This document shows, in pieces, positions 20,571 to 30,177 of a stretch of DNA of 64,000 bases. The number at the start of each line of letters is the position of its first letter. The first letter of the stretch is position 1. Position numbers and translations under genes: made by a program. The DNA lies in the IMG/VR virus record IMGVR_UViG_3300009155_000044, positions 56,074-120,073 of that record. One strand, given 5' to 3'. This DNA is from a virus. The notes below the pieces were generated by a model, which saw only the letters and a program-made list of their open reading frames with translations, had not been told where the DNA came from and searched no databases.

Positions 20571-21640
20571 GAGAAAACTTTGTCTAAAATAATTTCTGTT
20601 GTATTTTTATAAGAGAGTTTTTTGCCAAGTTCAATTCCAGCAATATTAGAAACTCGATATTTTTTAATTGCAGAGTCCATAGCTTGCATAACAGATTCTT
20701 CACTCCAAGAGTAAAACTCCCCTTGATTAAATTCCTGCCCCTGCAAAAAGAAAACTCCATCATGTGCTGGAATTCTACCATCTGATTCAACTAAAATAGA
20801 ATTTTCAGATGTTGCCCAATCTTTATGAGATGTTTCATTCAAAACAATTGACCATTTACCCAAGCAAGTAGCATTAAATGCTGGTAAATTCCAACCTTCA
20901 GCGCCACTTAAGCCTGTCAAATCAATGTCAATAGCATTTAAAAACTCATTAACTTCATGATTTGTTTGCAAGTAAGGAAGAAAATTAATATTAGTGTATC
21001 TTTTCCCCTCTAACAAATTGCCAATAATAGCTTGCATTTGTTCTGGTTTAAAAAATGGATTAGTAACACAGCAAGATAGCTGATAGTCATTATTGTTTCC
21101 ATATTTCTTCAGCCAAGTTTTAATGATTTTTTGAGTATGCTTTCGATGCTCAAATTTACCCATCAAGCCAAAATGAACTACATCTAAATACTTTTTATTT
21201 GTGATGTGAAGATCAGGATCGAAACCCATAGGCACAAAACTAGTATTTTCACATCCAAGATCAATGAATTTATTTTGAGCATAAGTAGAACTAAAAAAGA
21301 TTTTATCTTGAGCTTGCGCAATAGATACTTCAGTTTTTGTTGGCTCGCTGCACTCGTAGAATGTTAAAAGATTTTGATTAGGATTCTTACGATCATCAGA
21401 GCTATTTAAATGCCACAGCTTAAATGCTGGAACATCTTTTTTTAAGGCATCAAATCTTTGATTGATAGACTTTTGAAGAAATTCTTTAAATTCATTCGAT
21501 AAGTTGAAAGCTGACAAATCAACATTCCCAAAAGGAAACAAACCGATGTCAATATTTTTATTAAAAAATTCTTTAAGAATGTTGATGCTAACATTTCCAA
21601 AACTTAAGGTGTTAAGAGCAGCTTGTACTAAGAGTTTCAT
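20567..21640 (-). CDS. GT-B glycosyltransferase (GT4-like)
   Basis: GLMGKFEHRK and SGAEGWNLPAFNATCLGK match the EGFGLPxxEA-type GT4 motif. Confidence 0.8.
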   Translation of the reverse strand: MKLLVQAALNTLSFGNVSINILKEFFNKNIDIGLFPFGNVDLSAFNLSNEFKEFLQKSINQRFDALKKDVPAFKLWHLNSSDDRKNPNQNLLTFYECSEPTKTEVSIAQAQDKIFFSSTYAQNKFIDLGCENTSFVPMGFDPDLHITNKKYLDVVHFGLMGKFEHRKHTQKIIKTWLKKYGNNNDYQLSCCVTNPFFKPEQMQAIIGNLLEGKRYTNINFLPYLQTNHEVNEFLNAIDIDLTGLSGAEGWNLPAFNATCLGKWSIVLNETSHKDWATSENSILVESDGRIPAHDGVFFLQGQEFNQGEFYSWSEESVMQAMDSAIKKYRVSNIAGIELGKKLSYKNTTEIILDKVFS

Positions 21641-22056
21641 TAGAATGGAATGTCTTCAGATTCGAATTGGTTTGATTCTTGCGGTTTAGAGTTTGACTTC
21701 TTAACCGTTTGAGTTGCAGATTCATCACTATTAGCCCCAGTATCTGGTTTTGGTGCTGAATTCATAAATTTAACTTTTTCAGCGCGAATATATGGTTTAG
21801 TTTGAGTAGTTCCATCTTTTCCAGTCCAAGATGACATGCAAAGCTCGCCTTCAATCATAATCTCTTTTCCTTTCTTTAAGAATTGAGTGCAAATTTCAGC
21901 GAGTTTATCCCAACACTCACAATCAATAAAGCATTTATTTTTTGATTGAGAGTCTGAAATACAAACTCTAAATGTGCAAACTTGCTTGCCAGTAGAGATT
22001 GTGCGAGATTCTGGATCTTTTACTAGATGACCGATTCCGATGATTTTATTGTACAT
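21640..22056 (-). CDS. ssb: Single-stranded DNA-binding protein
   Basis: NKIIGIGHLVKDPE OB-fold start; FIDCECWDKLAE; KGKEIMIEGEL; C-terminal DIPF. Confidence 0.92.
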   Translation of the reverse strand: MYNKIIGIGHLVKDPESRTISTGKQVCTFRVCISDSQSKNKCFIDCECWDKLAEICTQFLKKGKEIMIEGELCMSSWTGKDGTTQTKPYIRAEKVKFMNSAPKPDTGANSDESATQTVKKSNSKPQESNQFESEDIPF

Positions 22057-22615
22057 AATTTAGTTCTTTTTTAGCTTTGATAATGAATTTATTGTGAATA
22101 TCTATGCATCCCTGAATGCTCATTCCAAGTTCTTTAGCAATCAATTTCCAAGGAATGACCTTATTATACATGGAGTTATATCTCATGTCAATAATTTTTC
22201 TTACTCTTGAATCAGGATATTTTTTCGAATAATCAAGAATGCTTTGAATGAGTTCTTGCTTGTGAATAGACTTTGTAAAGTCTTCGCAAAAAGGTTCTGA
22301 AATAATTTTATCAAGAGGCTCTTCCATCATCTTTTTATTTTTATTATAAAGATTCAAGCATTTCCATCTTGTTTCATTTGCCAGGTGAGTAGAGAATTTA
22401 GTGTTTCTATCTGGCTCATATTTTAAAGCTGCACAATAGATTGTAAAGTCTTTTTCTAGCAAAACATCGTGTTTATTAACAATGCCAGAATAGTCTGGAA
22501 TAACACGATTAACCATTTCTAAATAAATTCCAGAATGTCGATTGATGAGTTCTTTTAGACTTTCATCATCGCGATTTTCTTTAATTTTATTGATGAGAGA
22601 TAAATCAGAGTCCAC
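22046..22615 (-). CDS. Phage RNA polymerase sigma factor (sigma70 family; GTG start preferred over TTG at 22639)
   Basis: Region 2-like YEPDRNTKFSTHL and region 4 HTH WKLIAKELGMSIQG. Confidence 0.75.
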   Translation of the reverse strand: MDSDLSLINKIKENRDDESLKELINRHSGIYLEMVNRVIPDYSGIVNKHDVLLEKDFTIYCAALKYEPDRNTKFSTHLANETRWKCLNLYNKNKKMMEEPLDKIISEPFCEDFTKSIHKQELIQSILDYSKKYPDSRVRKIIDMRYNSMYNKVIPWKLIAKELGMSIQGCIDIHNKFIIKAKKELNYVQ

Positions 22616-23183
22616 GGTTAATCCAATCTTTAGGAACAATCCCTGTTAAAATTGAGTGAGCAATAGCTTGAATCCATCTTTCATCATTCATGGTATGCCA
22701 TGTAAAAGCTGAATCAGCATTTTGCTGCAATAAAGAATTGTTTTTTTCTTCTTCTTCATTTGCATTAGGAACTAAAGTTCCATCTGGAAGAGTTCGATTA
22801 ACAAACACAATCTTTCCACCTTGCTGTTTGATCCAATTAAATTCATTCTCAAATCGAACATCGCTAATGATTACTATTTTGTTAGAATGCATTCTTTTTT
22901 CAAGAGCCTCAATCCAAACGTTATCATTTAGTTTGCGCCTTACATGAGTTCCCCATGTTACCAAAAGTGGCCGAATAATATCTTTTTCTTCTGTAACTTC
23001 TGTAAAAATGTCAATGCCTAAAGTTTTCTTAACAAAACTTTTACATTCATATTTTAATTCTTTAGCAAAAGATAGTTTTTGAGTTTTAACTTTATACTCT
23101 TTAAAAATTTCGATGAAGCTGTCGGCTAGGGTATCTTTACCACTTCTAGCTGGTCCACAAATTCCAATAATTCTATCGTTCAT
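22605..23183 (-). CDS. Deoxynucleoside monophosphate kinase (start likely 23183)
   Basis: IIGICGPARSGKDT P-loop, SFAKELK, RPLLVTWG, IISDVRFENE. Confidence 0.85.
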   Translation of the reverse strand: MNDRIIGICGPARSGKDTLADSFIEIFKEYKVKTQKLSFAKELKYECKSFVKKTLGIDIFTEVTEEKDIIRPLLVTWGTHVRRKLNDNVWIEALEKRMHSNKIVIISDVRFENEFNWIKQQGGKIVFVNRTLPDGTLVPNANEEEEKNNSLLQQNADSAFTWHTMNDERWIQAIAHSILTGIVPKDWINRGL

Positions 23184-23683
23184 ACTCCTGTGCTGCCAAA
23201 GCATCCCTCCCCTCTTAATGTTTCACTAAACGAATCGCATTGTTCAAGCTGCATAAAGTTTGATTTTTGAAAAACTAATTGTGCAATTTTATCTCCCTTT
23301 TTATAAATAGAATCTGGATTAATAAAAACAGCATGACTAGCACTAAATCTTCCAAGATTATTAATATCTTCTGGAGATGCAAGATACTTGAATCTTACTT
23401 TGATAGTTCCTCTGTAGCTAGAATCAATAACTCCAACACTATTGCATAAAATTAAATTCTTGGTAGAGATTGAAGATCTTGGGAAAAGTAGAGTGTGAAA
23501 CTCAGAACTAGGATCAATGATTAAACCAGAATCATATTCAATATAATCAATGTGAGTATATCCACTCGATTCATTGCATTTTCCAACAATATTTGGTTCT
23601 GAGTTTGCAAAAATATCATAGCCAACATCTCCATTTGATGGAGAACTAATCAAAGAAATGTTATTAACTTTAAGTTTATTCAT
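23180..23683 (-). CDS. dut: dUTP diphosphatase (trimeric)
   Basis: GYDIFA, PRSSIS, GVIDSSYRG, KIAQLVF, RGEGCFGSTG motifs. Confidence 0.92.
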   Translation of the reverse strand: MNKLKVNNISLISSPSNGDVGYDIFANSEPNIVGKCNESSGYTHIDYIEYDSGLIIDPSSEFHTLLFPRSSISTKNLILCNSVGVIDSSYRGTIKVRFKYLASPEDINNLGRFSASHAVFINPDSIYKKGDKIAQLVFQKSNFMQLEQCDSFSETLRGEGCFGSTGV

Positions 23684-23945
23684 TTATAAATTTAATTAAA
23701 TCTGATGAGAATTCATGAAGACCAATATCTGCTAAAATTTTTGGCGCATAAATCATATGTAAATTCTCTAAATCTTTAGTAATTGGAATCACTACAATCA
23801 TAGCTCCAATTGGAAAGTTTACAACTTTTGCAGAATCAACTATTTTTTGCACAGCTAACGACGCAGCTTCTTCAGCAGATTTTGCTGATACTGATACCTC
23901 CCAGTTAGCACTTGAGCATAAATATTCTTGCTGTTTATCATTCAT
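23676..23945 (-). CDS. Hypothetical protein
   Basis: 89-aa ORF, first gene of leftward operon with upstream promoter. Confidence 0.55.
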   Translation of the reverse strand: MNDKQQEYLCSSANWEVSVSAKSAEEAASLAVQKIVDSAKVVNFPIGAMIVVIPITKDLENLHMIYAPKILADIGLHEFSSDLIKFINE

Positions 23946-23951
23946 TAAGGC

Positions 23952-23979
23952 AATTAAGCATAGAATTATGATCTGTCAA
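23952..23979 (-). promoter_or_regulatory. Sigma70-type promoter TTGACA-N16-TTAATT, 6 nt before ATG 23945
   Basis: ttgaca gatcataattctatgc ttaatt gcctta ATG. Confidence 0.5.
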
Positions 23980-24047
23980 ATAAAATTTATACATAAAGTA
24001 AAATGTTTTACTACGTAGTTGGATAGCGTTTCGTTTTCAATTCAAAC

Positions 24048-24078
24048 TCGCTCCGCTCGTTAATACTTCGCTACGCTC
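24048..24078. repeat. Direct repeat TCGCT(C/A)CGCTC x2, 20-bp period
   Basis: tcgctccgctc at 24048-24058 and tcgctacgctc at 24068-24078; GC-rich inside an AT-rich intergenic region. Confidence 0.75.
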
Positions 24079-24081
24079 AGT

Positions 24082-24109
24082 ATTATATACAGATATTTTG
24101 TACTGTCAA
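24082..24109 (-). promoter_or_regulatory. Consensus sigma70 promoter TTGACA-N16-TATAAT with no adjacent start codon
   Basis: Reverse complement ttgaca gtacaaaatatctgta tataat actgagcg... Confidence 0.7.
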
Positions 24110-24149
24110 GTGCAAATGCACTGAGATAAAGATTTTTTTCAAAAATCTT

Positions 24150-24176
24150 TAATTAATTTGCGAAGCAAATTAATTA
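24150..24176. other. Perfect 12-bp hairpin with GC-GAA-GC loop
   Basis: taattaatttgc gaa gcaaattaatta. Confidence 0.85.
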
Positions 24177-24191
24177 TTCAGAGCATCTGCA

Positions 24192-24230
24192 TATTCAACT
24201 GGCATTGCTATGGCGAAAAGGAGTTGAATA
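24192..24230. other. 9-bp inverted repeat upstream of nrdB
   Basis: tattcaact ... agttgaata enclosing a possible inner ttgc-tatg-gcga hairpin. Confidence 0.6.
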
Positions 24231-24309
24231 AGGTTGCATTGTTTTTTTAGTTGTCAAGGGCAAAATTTAAAGAAAAATTCCATTTGCTATTCTTGATTTC
24301 TAGACTATG

Positions 24310-24315
24310 GTGTAA
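24310..24315 (+). promoter_or_regulatory. GTGTAA motif 10 nt upstream of nrdB ATG
   Basis: ggtgtaagatattagccATG. Confidence 0.45.
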
Positions 24316-24325
24316 GATATTAGCC

Positions 24326-25297
24326 ATGAGTATTTTTGACGAACAAGTATCTAGAAAACCCAACCTTTATCCCTGGACAGAGCAATTTATTGATGCTATG
24401 CATAACAATGCGTGGTCTCATAAAAGGTGGAATTTTAAATCGGACGTTCAAGATTTTAAAGTCTCATTGAGCGAGAGAGATAGGGAAATCATCATTCGCA
24501 CATTGTCTGCGATTGGGCAAATTGAAGTTGCCGTTAAAACATTTTGGGCAAAATTAGGAGATAATCTTCCTCATCCAGCCATTCAAGATCTTGGTTTTGT
24601 AATGGCAAATACAGAAGTTGTTCATAATAATGCTTATGAAGCACTACTAACAATACTTGATTTAAATGATGTGTTTGAGGAGAATCTCAAACTTGATTGG
24701 ATTCAAGGAAGAGTGAAGTATTTGAAAAAGTATACTCATCGCTATTATAAAGATTCTAAAAAACAATTTCTTTATAGCATCATTTTGTTCACTCTCTTTG
24801 TCGAAAATGCTTCGTTATTCAGTCAGTTTTATGTTATTAACTGGTTTGGTAAAAATAACTTACTAAAAGATACTAATCAGCAAGTTAGATATACTAAAAA
24901 TGAAGAGATGATTCATGGTCTTATTGGAATTCAAATCATCAATGATATTAGAAAAGAGTTCCCAGAATTATTTGATGCTGAACTAGAAGGGAGAATTTTG
25001 CACGAAGCTCAAGAAGCTTTAGTTGCAGAGTCTAAAATTATTGATTGGATTGTTAATGGAGCCGAAGAAGACTTATTATCTGCCTCAATTCTTAAAGAAT
25101 TTGTGAAAAATAGAATCAATGAATCTTTCGGTTTGATTGGATTCAAGAAGGCTTTTTCAATTGATGACGAACTTCTTGCAAAAACAAAATGGTTTGATGA
25201 GAGTTTATACGGAAATACAGCGTCTGATTTCTTTTACAGTACTCCAGTAGAGTATTCTAAAGATAATAAGAGTTTTGATGAAAATGATTTATTCTAA
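24326..25297 (+). CDS. nrdB: Ribonucleotide reductase beta subunit, class Id-type (start 24326)
   Basis: MSIFDEQ...QIE67VAVK71...E97VVH100NNAY104...ENASLFSQF...EEMIH...PVEYSK...DLF. Confidence 0.92.
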   Translation: MSIFDEQVSRKPNLYPWTEQFIDAMHNNAWSHKRWNFKSDVQDFKVSLSERDREIIIRTLSAIGQIEVAVKTFWAKLGDNLPHPAIQDLGFVMANTEVVHNNAYEALLTILDLNDVFEENLKLDWIQGRVKYLKKYTHRYYKDSKKQFLYSIILFTLFVENASLFSQFYVINWFGKNNLLKDTNQQVRYTKNEEMIHGLIGIQIINDIRKEFPELFDAELEGRILHEAQEALVAESKIIDWIVNGAEEDLLSASILKEFVKNRINESFGLIGFKKAFSIDDELLAKTKWFDESLYGNTASDFFYSTPVEYSKDNKSFDENDLF

Positions 25298-25344
25298 AAA
25301 ACTGGAGATTTATTAATAAGACATTATAACTAACATAGAAAAGT

Positions 25345-26286
25345 ATGTTCATGGACAGTAAAAGTAAAATCCTGATTGCGGGAGCTAAGGGAATGGTTGG
25401 ATCTGCAATCATAAGAAAATTAAAAGAAAAAGGATATAATAATATCGTTGCTGGAACTCGCGATTTGGTTGATTTCACAAATTCCAAAGAAACTAAATAT
25501 TTCTTTAGTAGAGTAAAACCTGATTACGTGTTTGTTGCCGCTGCCAAGGTTGGTGGTATTATTGCAAACAATAATTACAAAGCAGATTTTCTTTATGAAA
25601 ATTTGATGATTCAGAATAATATTATTCATAATGCCTATAATTTTGGAGTTAAAAAACTTCTGTTTCTTGGTTCTTCCTGCATCTATCCAAGACTTGCCAC
25701 TCAACCAATCACAGAAGATCAGTTGATGACTGGCGCTCTGGAGCCTACGAATGATGCCTATGCAATTGCAAAGATTGCTGGAATTAAACTATGTGAAGCA
25801 TATCGTCAGCAGTATGGATTTAATGCTATTTCTTTGATGCCAACAAATCTTTACGGTCCTAATGATAATTTTGATTTAGAAACATCACATGTTCTTCCTG
25901 CAATGATTTCAAAGTTTCACAATGCCCTTAACTATAGCAAACACTGTGAAGTGAAGCTTTGGGGAGATGGTTCTACAATGCGTGAGTTTTTACACGTTGA
26001 TGATTTGGCAGATGCATGTTATATTTGTATGCAGAACTACGATGAAATGGGACATATTAATATTGGAACTGGTGAGGACATAATGATTAAACAACTGGCA
26101 GGGATAATTGCCAATATCGTTGGTTATGATCGTGATATTAACTGGGATACAACAAAACCAAATGGAACTCCAAGAAAAGTTTTAAATATAGATAAAATTA
26201 AATCCTTTGGTTGGCAGCCTAAAATTAATCTCTGTGAAGGTATTGAAAAAACTTATGAATGGTATAAGAAAAATATTATCGTTTAA
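25345..26286 (+). CDS. fcl: GDP-L-fucose synthase
   Basis: GAKGMVGSAI, AAAKVGGI, LGSSCIYP, YAIAK, PTNLYGPNDNF, REFLHVDDLA. Confidence 0.95.
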   Translation: MFMDSKSKILIAGAKGMVGSAIIRKLKEKGYNNIVAGTRDLVDFTNSKETKYFFSRVKPDYVFVAAAKVGGIIANNNYKADFLYENLMIQNNIIHNAYNFGVKKLLFLGSSCIYPRLATQPITEDQLMTGALEPTNDAYAIAKIAGIKLCEAYRQQYGFNAISLMPTNLYGPNDNFDLETSHVLPAMISKFHNALNYSKHCEVKLWGDGSTMREFLHVDDLADACYICMQNYDEMGHINIGTGEDIMIKQLAGIIANIVGYDRDINWDTTKPNGTPRKVLNIDKIKSFGWQPKINLCEGIEKTYEWYKKNIIV

Positions 26287-26351
26287 TCATCTAGGTAAAG
26301 CGATTTATTCTAAAAAAATATAGATTTAATAAATAATATAATATAATTAAC

Positions 26352-29129
26352 ATGGAAAAAAATATTTACTGGCTCAATGCAGATTCTCGCAAATTTTTAA
26401 GCAGCGGTTATTTGATGGACGGCGAAACTGCTGAGCAGAGAATATCTGATGTTGCACAAACAGCAGAAAGTCTTTTATCTGTAAGCGAGGATTGTATTAC
26501 TAAAGTTAATGATTACCTCAAATGCAAAAGTTTTGCTGAGAAGTTCGCAGACTATCTTGAGCGTGGATTTTATTCATTATCATCTCCTAATTGGTCAAAC
26601 TTTGGCAGAAAAAGAGGTCTTCCAATTTCTTGTTTTGGAACTTATCTAGAAGATTCTATCGAGTCTATTACTGGTCATAAACTTGCTGAAATCAGCATGA
26701 TGACAAAATCTGGGGGAGGCACTAGCGCATTTTTTGGCAATGTTCGTCCTAGAGGATCTAAAATTTCATCTGGTGGAGAATCAACAGGTTCAGTTCATTT
26801 TATGGAACTCTACGATAAGATGATGACTGTTGTCTCTCAGGGAAATACGAGAAGAGGAGCTTGTGCAATATATCTTCCAATTGATCATGGTGATATCGAA
26901 GAATTTTTAAAAATTAAATCAGAAGGAAATGATATTCAAGAACTCTCAATTGGAGTCTGCGTCACTAATAAGTGGATGCAGGACATGATTGATGGCAATA
27001 AAGAAAATAGAAGAATCTGGGGTCTTGTGATTCAAAAGAGATTTGAAAGCGGATATCCATACATCTTTTTCTCTGATAACGCTAATGATCAAGCCCCTCA
27101 AGTTTATAAAGATAAAAATTTAAAAATCAGTCATTCAAATCTTTGCGTCACTGGAGATCAAAGGGTTATTTCTAATTTTGGAATTTTAACGGCAAAAGAA
27201 CTCTATGAAAATGGAGATGAGTTAATTCTTTTTGATAATGAAAAAGAAGTAAAAGCATCAAAAATGAAATTAGTTGAGAAAGATGCTGATGTTTTTGAAA
27301 TTAAACTTGAGAATGGAATGTCGCATAAAATTACATCCTATCATAAAGTTTCTACAAAAGATGGGGATATAGCATGTCACGATTTAAAAATTGGAGATTC
27401 TGTTGCGGTTCAAACAAATAAGGGAATTTTTGGAAATAATGATATGACCAAAGAAGCATTTCTTCTTGGTTTATATCAAGCTGATGGAACTCAACATAAA
27501 GATTATATTATGATTGATATTTGGAGAAATGATTTTGATTTAATTGAAGAAGTTCAAAATGCTCATGATTTCGTATCTGATAAATATAAAACTCAAATTT
27601 CTCTCTATAATAATAGAGTTTATCAAAACGCTAGTTTTTGCAACTGTGTTGTTGCTGAAGGGTCTCATGAGAAAAAAAGACTATCTAGTAAAGCACTTAA
27701 AAAAGCATTGAATTTTGAAAAAGGATACGTTCCAGAATGGATCTGGTCGTCCAATGAAGAAACGCTATGGCAATACATTAGAGGTCTTTACTATGCAGAC
27801 GGAACTGTGTTTAAATCTAAATCATCTGGAGAACCACTTCAAATTTCACTAGCTTCAATTAACAAAGAATTTCTAGAAGAAGTGCAAATTATTTTAGCAA
27901 ATCTTGGAATGCAATCATCAATTCGCCTTTTAAGAGAAAGTTGTGAGTCGTTACTTCCTGATGGACATGGAGGAAACAAAATGTATAAAACTAAAACTGC
28001 TTGGAGATTAATTATTGGAAATAAAAATGATGCATTAGTTTTTAATAAAAATACTAAATTTCTTGATAGAAAAAATATTATTCTAGAGGATCGTGAATAT
28101 AGAGATAATACTAAAAAATTCTATAAAGTTTCATCTATTTCTAATATTGGGCAAGAGGATGTCTATTGTTGCACAGTAGAATCAAAATCTCATCACTGGA
28201 TCTGCAATGGAGTTGTTACTCACAACTGTAATGAAATAATGCTTGCTGATTCTCCAACAGAATCTTTTGTTTGTAATTTGTCATCTCTGAATCTGGATAA
28301 GTGGGAAGAGTGGAAAGATACTGATGCTGTTGAAACAATGGTATTTTTCTTGGATGCTGTCATGACAGAGTTTATTAATAAAACTGAAAACATGGCATTC
28401 ATGAGTCATGCTCGCAACTTTGCAATCAATCAGAGAGCGCTTGGTATTGGAGTTCTTGGTTGGCATTCACTACTTCAGTCTAAAATGATTCCTTTTGAAT
28501 CAATGGATGCTAAAATTTTAAATAACCAAATTTGGAAAACAATCAGAAATCGCGCCGATGTGGCTACTGAGAAATTAGCTGAAATCTATGGAGAACCAGC
28601 ATTACTTGAAGGATATGGTCGTCGTAATGTGACTACAATAGCTGTAGCTCCAACAGTAAGCTCAAGCTTTATTCTTGGTCAAGTCTCTCAGGGCATTGAA
28701 CCTTTAAATGGCAATTACTTTGTTAAAGGATTAGCTAAGGGCGATTTCTCTTATCAAAATCCCTATTTAGAAAAATTGCTAATTGAAAAAAATCAAAACT
28801 CCGCAGAAGTTTGGAAATCTATTTTAATTCGAGGAGGATCTGTTGCTCATTTAGATTTCTTGTCTGAAAATGAAAAAGCTACTTTTAAAACTTTTGGAGA
28901 AATCTCTCAGAAAGAAATTATCATTCAAGCCTCTCAACGTCAAAAATACATTGACCAAGGTCAAAGCTTAAACATCATGATTCCTCCTTCAGCATCTGCC
29001 AAAGAAGTTAATCAACTTATGATTTTTGCATGGGAACAAGGAATCAAAGGCTTGTATTATCAAAAGAGCGCTAATCCAGCGCAAGAACTAGCTCGCTCTA
29101 TTCTCAATTGCGAATCATGCCAAGCATAA
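26352..29129 (+). CDS. nrdA: Ribonucleotide reductase alpha subunit (no ATP cone) with intein
   Basis: PISCF, GGGTS, RRGA, SNL|CNEI finger loop split by intein, AVAPTVSSS, DQGQSLN, KGLYY, C-terminal CESC. Confidence 0.95.
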   Translation: MEKNIYWLNADSRKFLSSGYLMDGETAEQRISDVAQTAESLLSVSEDCITKVNDYLKCKSFAEKFADYLERGFYSLSSPNWSNFGRKRGLPISCFGTYLEDSIESITGHKLAEISMMTKSGGGTSAFFGNVRPRGSKISSGGESTGSVHFMELYDKMMTVVSQGNTRRGACAIYLPIDHGDIEEFLKIKSEGNDIQELSIGVCVTNKWMQDMIDGNKENRRIWGLVIQKRFESGYPYIFFSDNANDQAPQVYKDKNLKISHSNLCVTGDQRVISNFGILTAKELYENGDELILFDNEKEVKASKMKLVEKDADVFEIKLENGMSHKITSYHKVSTKDGDIACHDLKIGDSVAVQTNKGIFGNNDMTKEAFLLGLYQADGTQHKDYIMIDIWRNDFDLIEEVQNAHDFVSDKYKTQISLYNNRVYQNASFCNCVVAEGSHEKKRLSSKALKKALNFEKGYVPEWIWSSNEETLWQYIRGLYYADGTVFKSKSSGEPLQISLASINKEFLEEVQIILANLGMQSSIRLLRESCESLLPDGHGGNKMYKTKTAWRLIIGNKNDALVFNKNTKFLDRKNIILEDREYRDNTKKFYKVSSISNIGQEDVYCCTVESKSHHWICNGVVTHNCNEIMLADSPTESFVCNLSSLNLDKWEEWKDTDAVETMVFFLDAVMTEFINKTENMAFMSHARNFAINQRALGIGVLGWHSLLQSKMIPFESMDAKILNNQIWKTIRNRADVATEKLAEIYGEPALLEGYGRRNVTTIAVAPTVSSSFILGQVSQGIEPLNGNYFVKGLAKGDFSYQNPYLEKLLIEKNQNSAEVWKSILIRGGSVAHLDFLSENEKATFKTFGEISQKEIIIQASQRQKYIDQGQSLNIMIPPSASAKEVNQLMIFAWEQGIKGLYYQKSANPAQELARSILNCESCQA
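27144..28226 (+). mobile_element. Intein with LAGLIDADG endonuclease in NrdA (361 aa)
   Basis: Starts CVTGDQRV, ends VTHN before catalytic Cys(+1); motifs FLLGLYQADG and YIRGLYYADG. Confidence 0.93.
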
Positions 29130-29167
29130 TTCCAGTCAAATTATTAAAAAAAAGTGTATTATTATTT

Positions 29168-30130
29168 ATGGAAATAGATTTTTCAGATAGAATTAAACAA
29201 CTCTTCGACTCTTCAGAATCAGCAAAAAGATCTGGACCAAAAAGTGCCGCACAAACTCCATCTGCTCCAAGTGATCGCAAAAAAGGATCGTCTAAAAATC
29301 CTAAAGGATCAGCTGGAGAAGATGGTGGGAAAATTGAATTTGCTGAAAAAATCATAAATTCTTTGCAGGAAAAAGTAAGATCTCATAATGAAAATCATAG
29401 TAAGAAAGTCTCTCTATCTCAACTAAAGAAAATCTATAGAAGAGGTCTTGGAGCGTTTTCTTTATCTCATCGTCCAGGTCAAACTAGAAGTAGTTGGGCT
29501 ATGGCTAGAGTGAATATGTTTTTAAAAATGCTTCGTGGTGAAAAAGTTAAAGACTCTTACAGAAGTGCTGATCAAGACGTTGCATCTGGAACAGAACTAT
29601 ATCATGAAGAAAAGCCAGAAGACTGTTTTTGGAAGTTTGATTCTATTGATTTTGATCTTGCCCGAATTGATTTAATCAAAGCTGGAGTCGATTTATTTAA
29701 TGAAGGAAATATTGATTTATCAGATATTGATTACTCTGAAGCTGAAAAGAAAACCTTAAATAAACCATTTAGACTTCCAACTGGATCTAATAAAAAATTT
29801 GGAGTTTATGTTAAAAATGATAAAGGAAATGTTGTAATTGTAAAGTTTGGCGATCCAAATATGGAAATTAAACGCGACGATCCAGCTAGACGTAAGAGTT
29901 ACAGAGCGAGGCATCAGTGCGATACTAACATTGGTCCAAAATGGAAAGCTAATTACTGGAGTTGCAAATTTTGGAGTAGCAAGCCAGTATCCTCTTTAGC
30001 ATCTGAGAATTATGATGATATTGATGAAGATGAAGAGGAATGGTTAGATGATGGTTTTATAGATCAAGAAGAGTTATTTGTTCACCTTCCAGAGCTTAGA
30101 GATATTCAAGAAAGCCTTGAAGATTTTTGA
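29168..30130 (+). CDS. Conserved two-domain viral protein (DUF5824-like + DUF6321-like); start likely 29168
   Basis: LKKIYRRGLGAF...HRPG...WAMARV and KFGDPNMEIKRDDPARRKSYRARHQC...YWSC motifs; GTGTAT 8 nt upstream. Confidence 0.55.
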   Translation: MEIDFSDRIKQLFDSSESAKRSGPKSAAQTPSAPSDRKKGSSKNPKGSAGEDGGKIEFAEKIINSLQEKVRSHNENHSKKVSLSQLKKIYRRGLGAFSLSHRPGQTRSSWAMARVNMFLKMLRGEKVKDSYRSADQDVASGTELYHEEKPEDCFWKFDSIDFDLARIDLIKAGVDLFNEGNIDLSDIDYSEAEKKTLNKPFRLPTGSNKKFGVYVKNDKGNVVIVKFGDPNMEIKRDDPARRKSYRARHQCDTNIGPKWKANYWSCKFWSSKPVSSLASENYDDIDEDEEEWLDDGFIDQEELFVHLPELRDIQESLEDF

Positions 30131-30144
30131 TTTAAAAATTTGTG

Positions 30145-30172
30145 TTGAAGAAGTTGATTTGCAAGTTAAAAT
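30145..30172 (+). promoter_or_regulatory. Promoter TTGAAG-N16-TAAAAT, 5 nt before GTG start of the glycan island
   Basis: ttgaag aagttgatttgcaagt taaaat aggtt GTG. Confidence 0.5.
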
Positions 30173-30177
30173 AGGTT

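Noticed and set aside
23946-24325. tRNA or known riboswitch in the intergenic gap
   Set aside because: No cloverleaf, T-loop or CCA pattern and no riboswitch consensus I can recognise; an Infernal/Rfam scan would be decisive.
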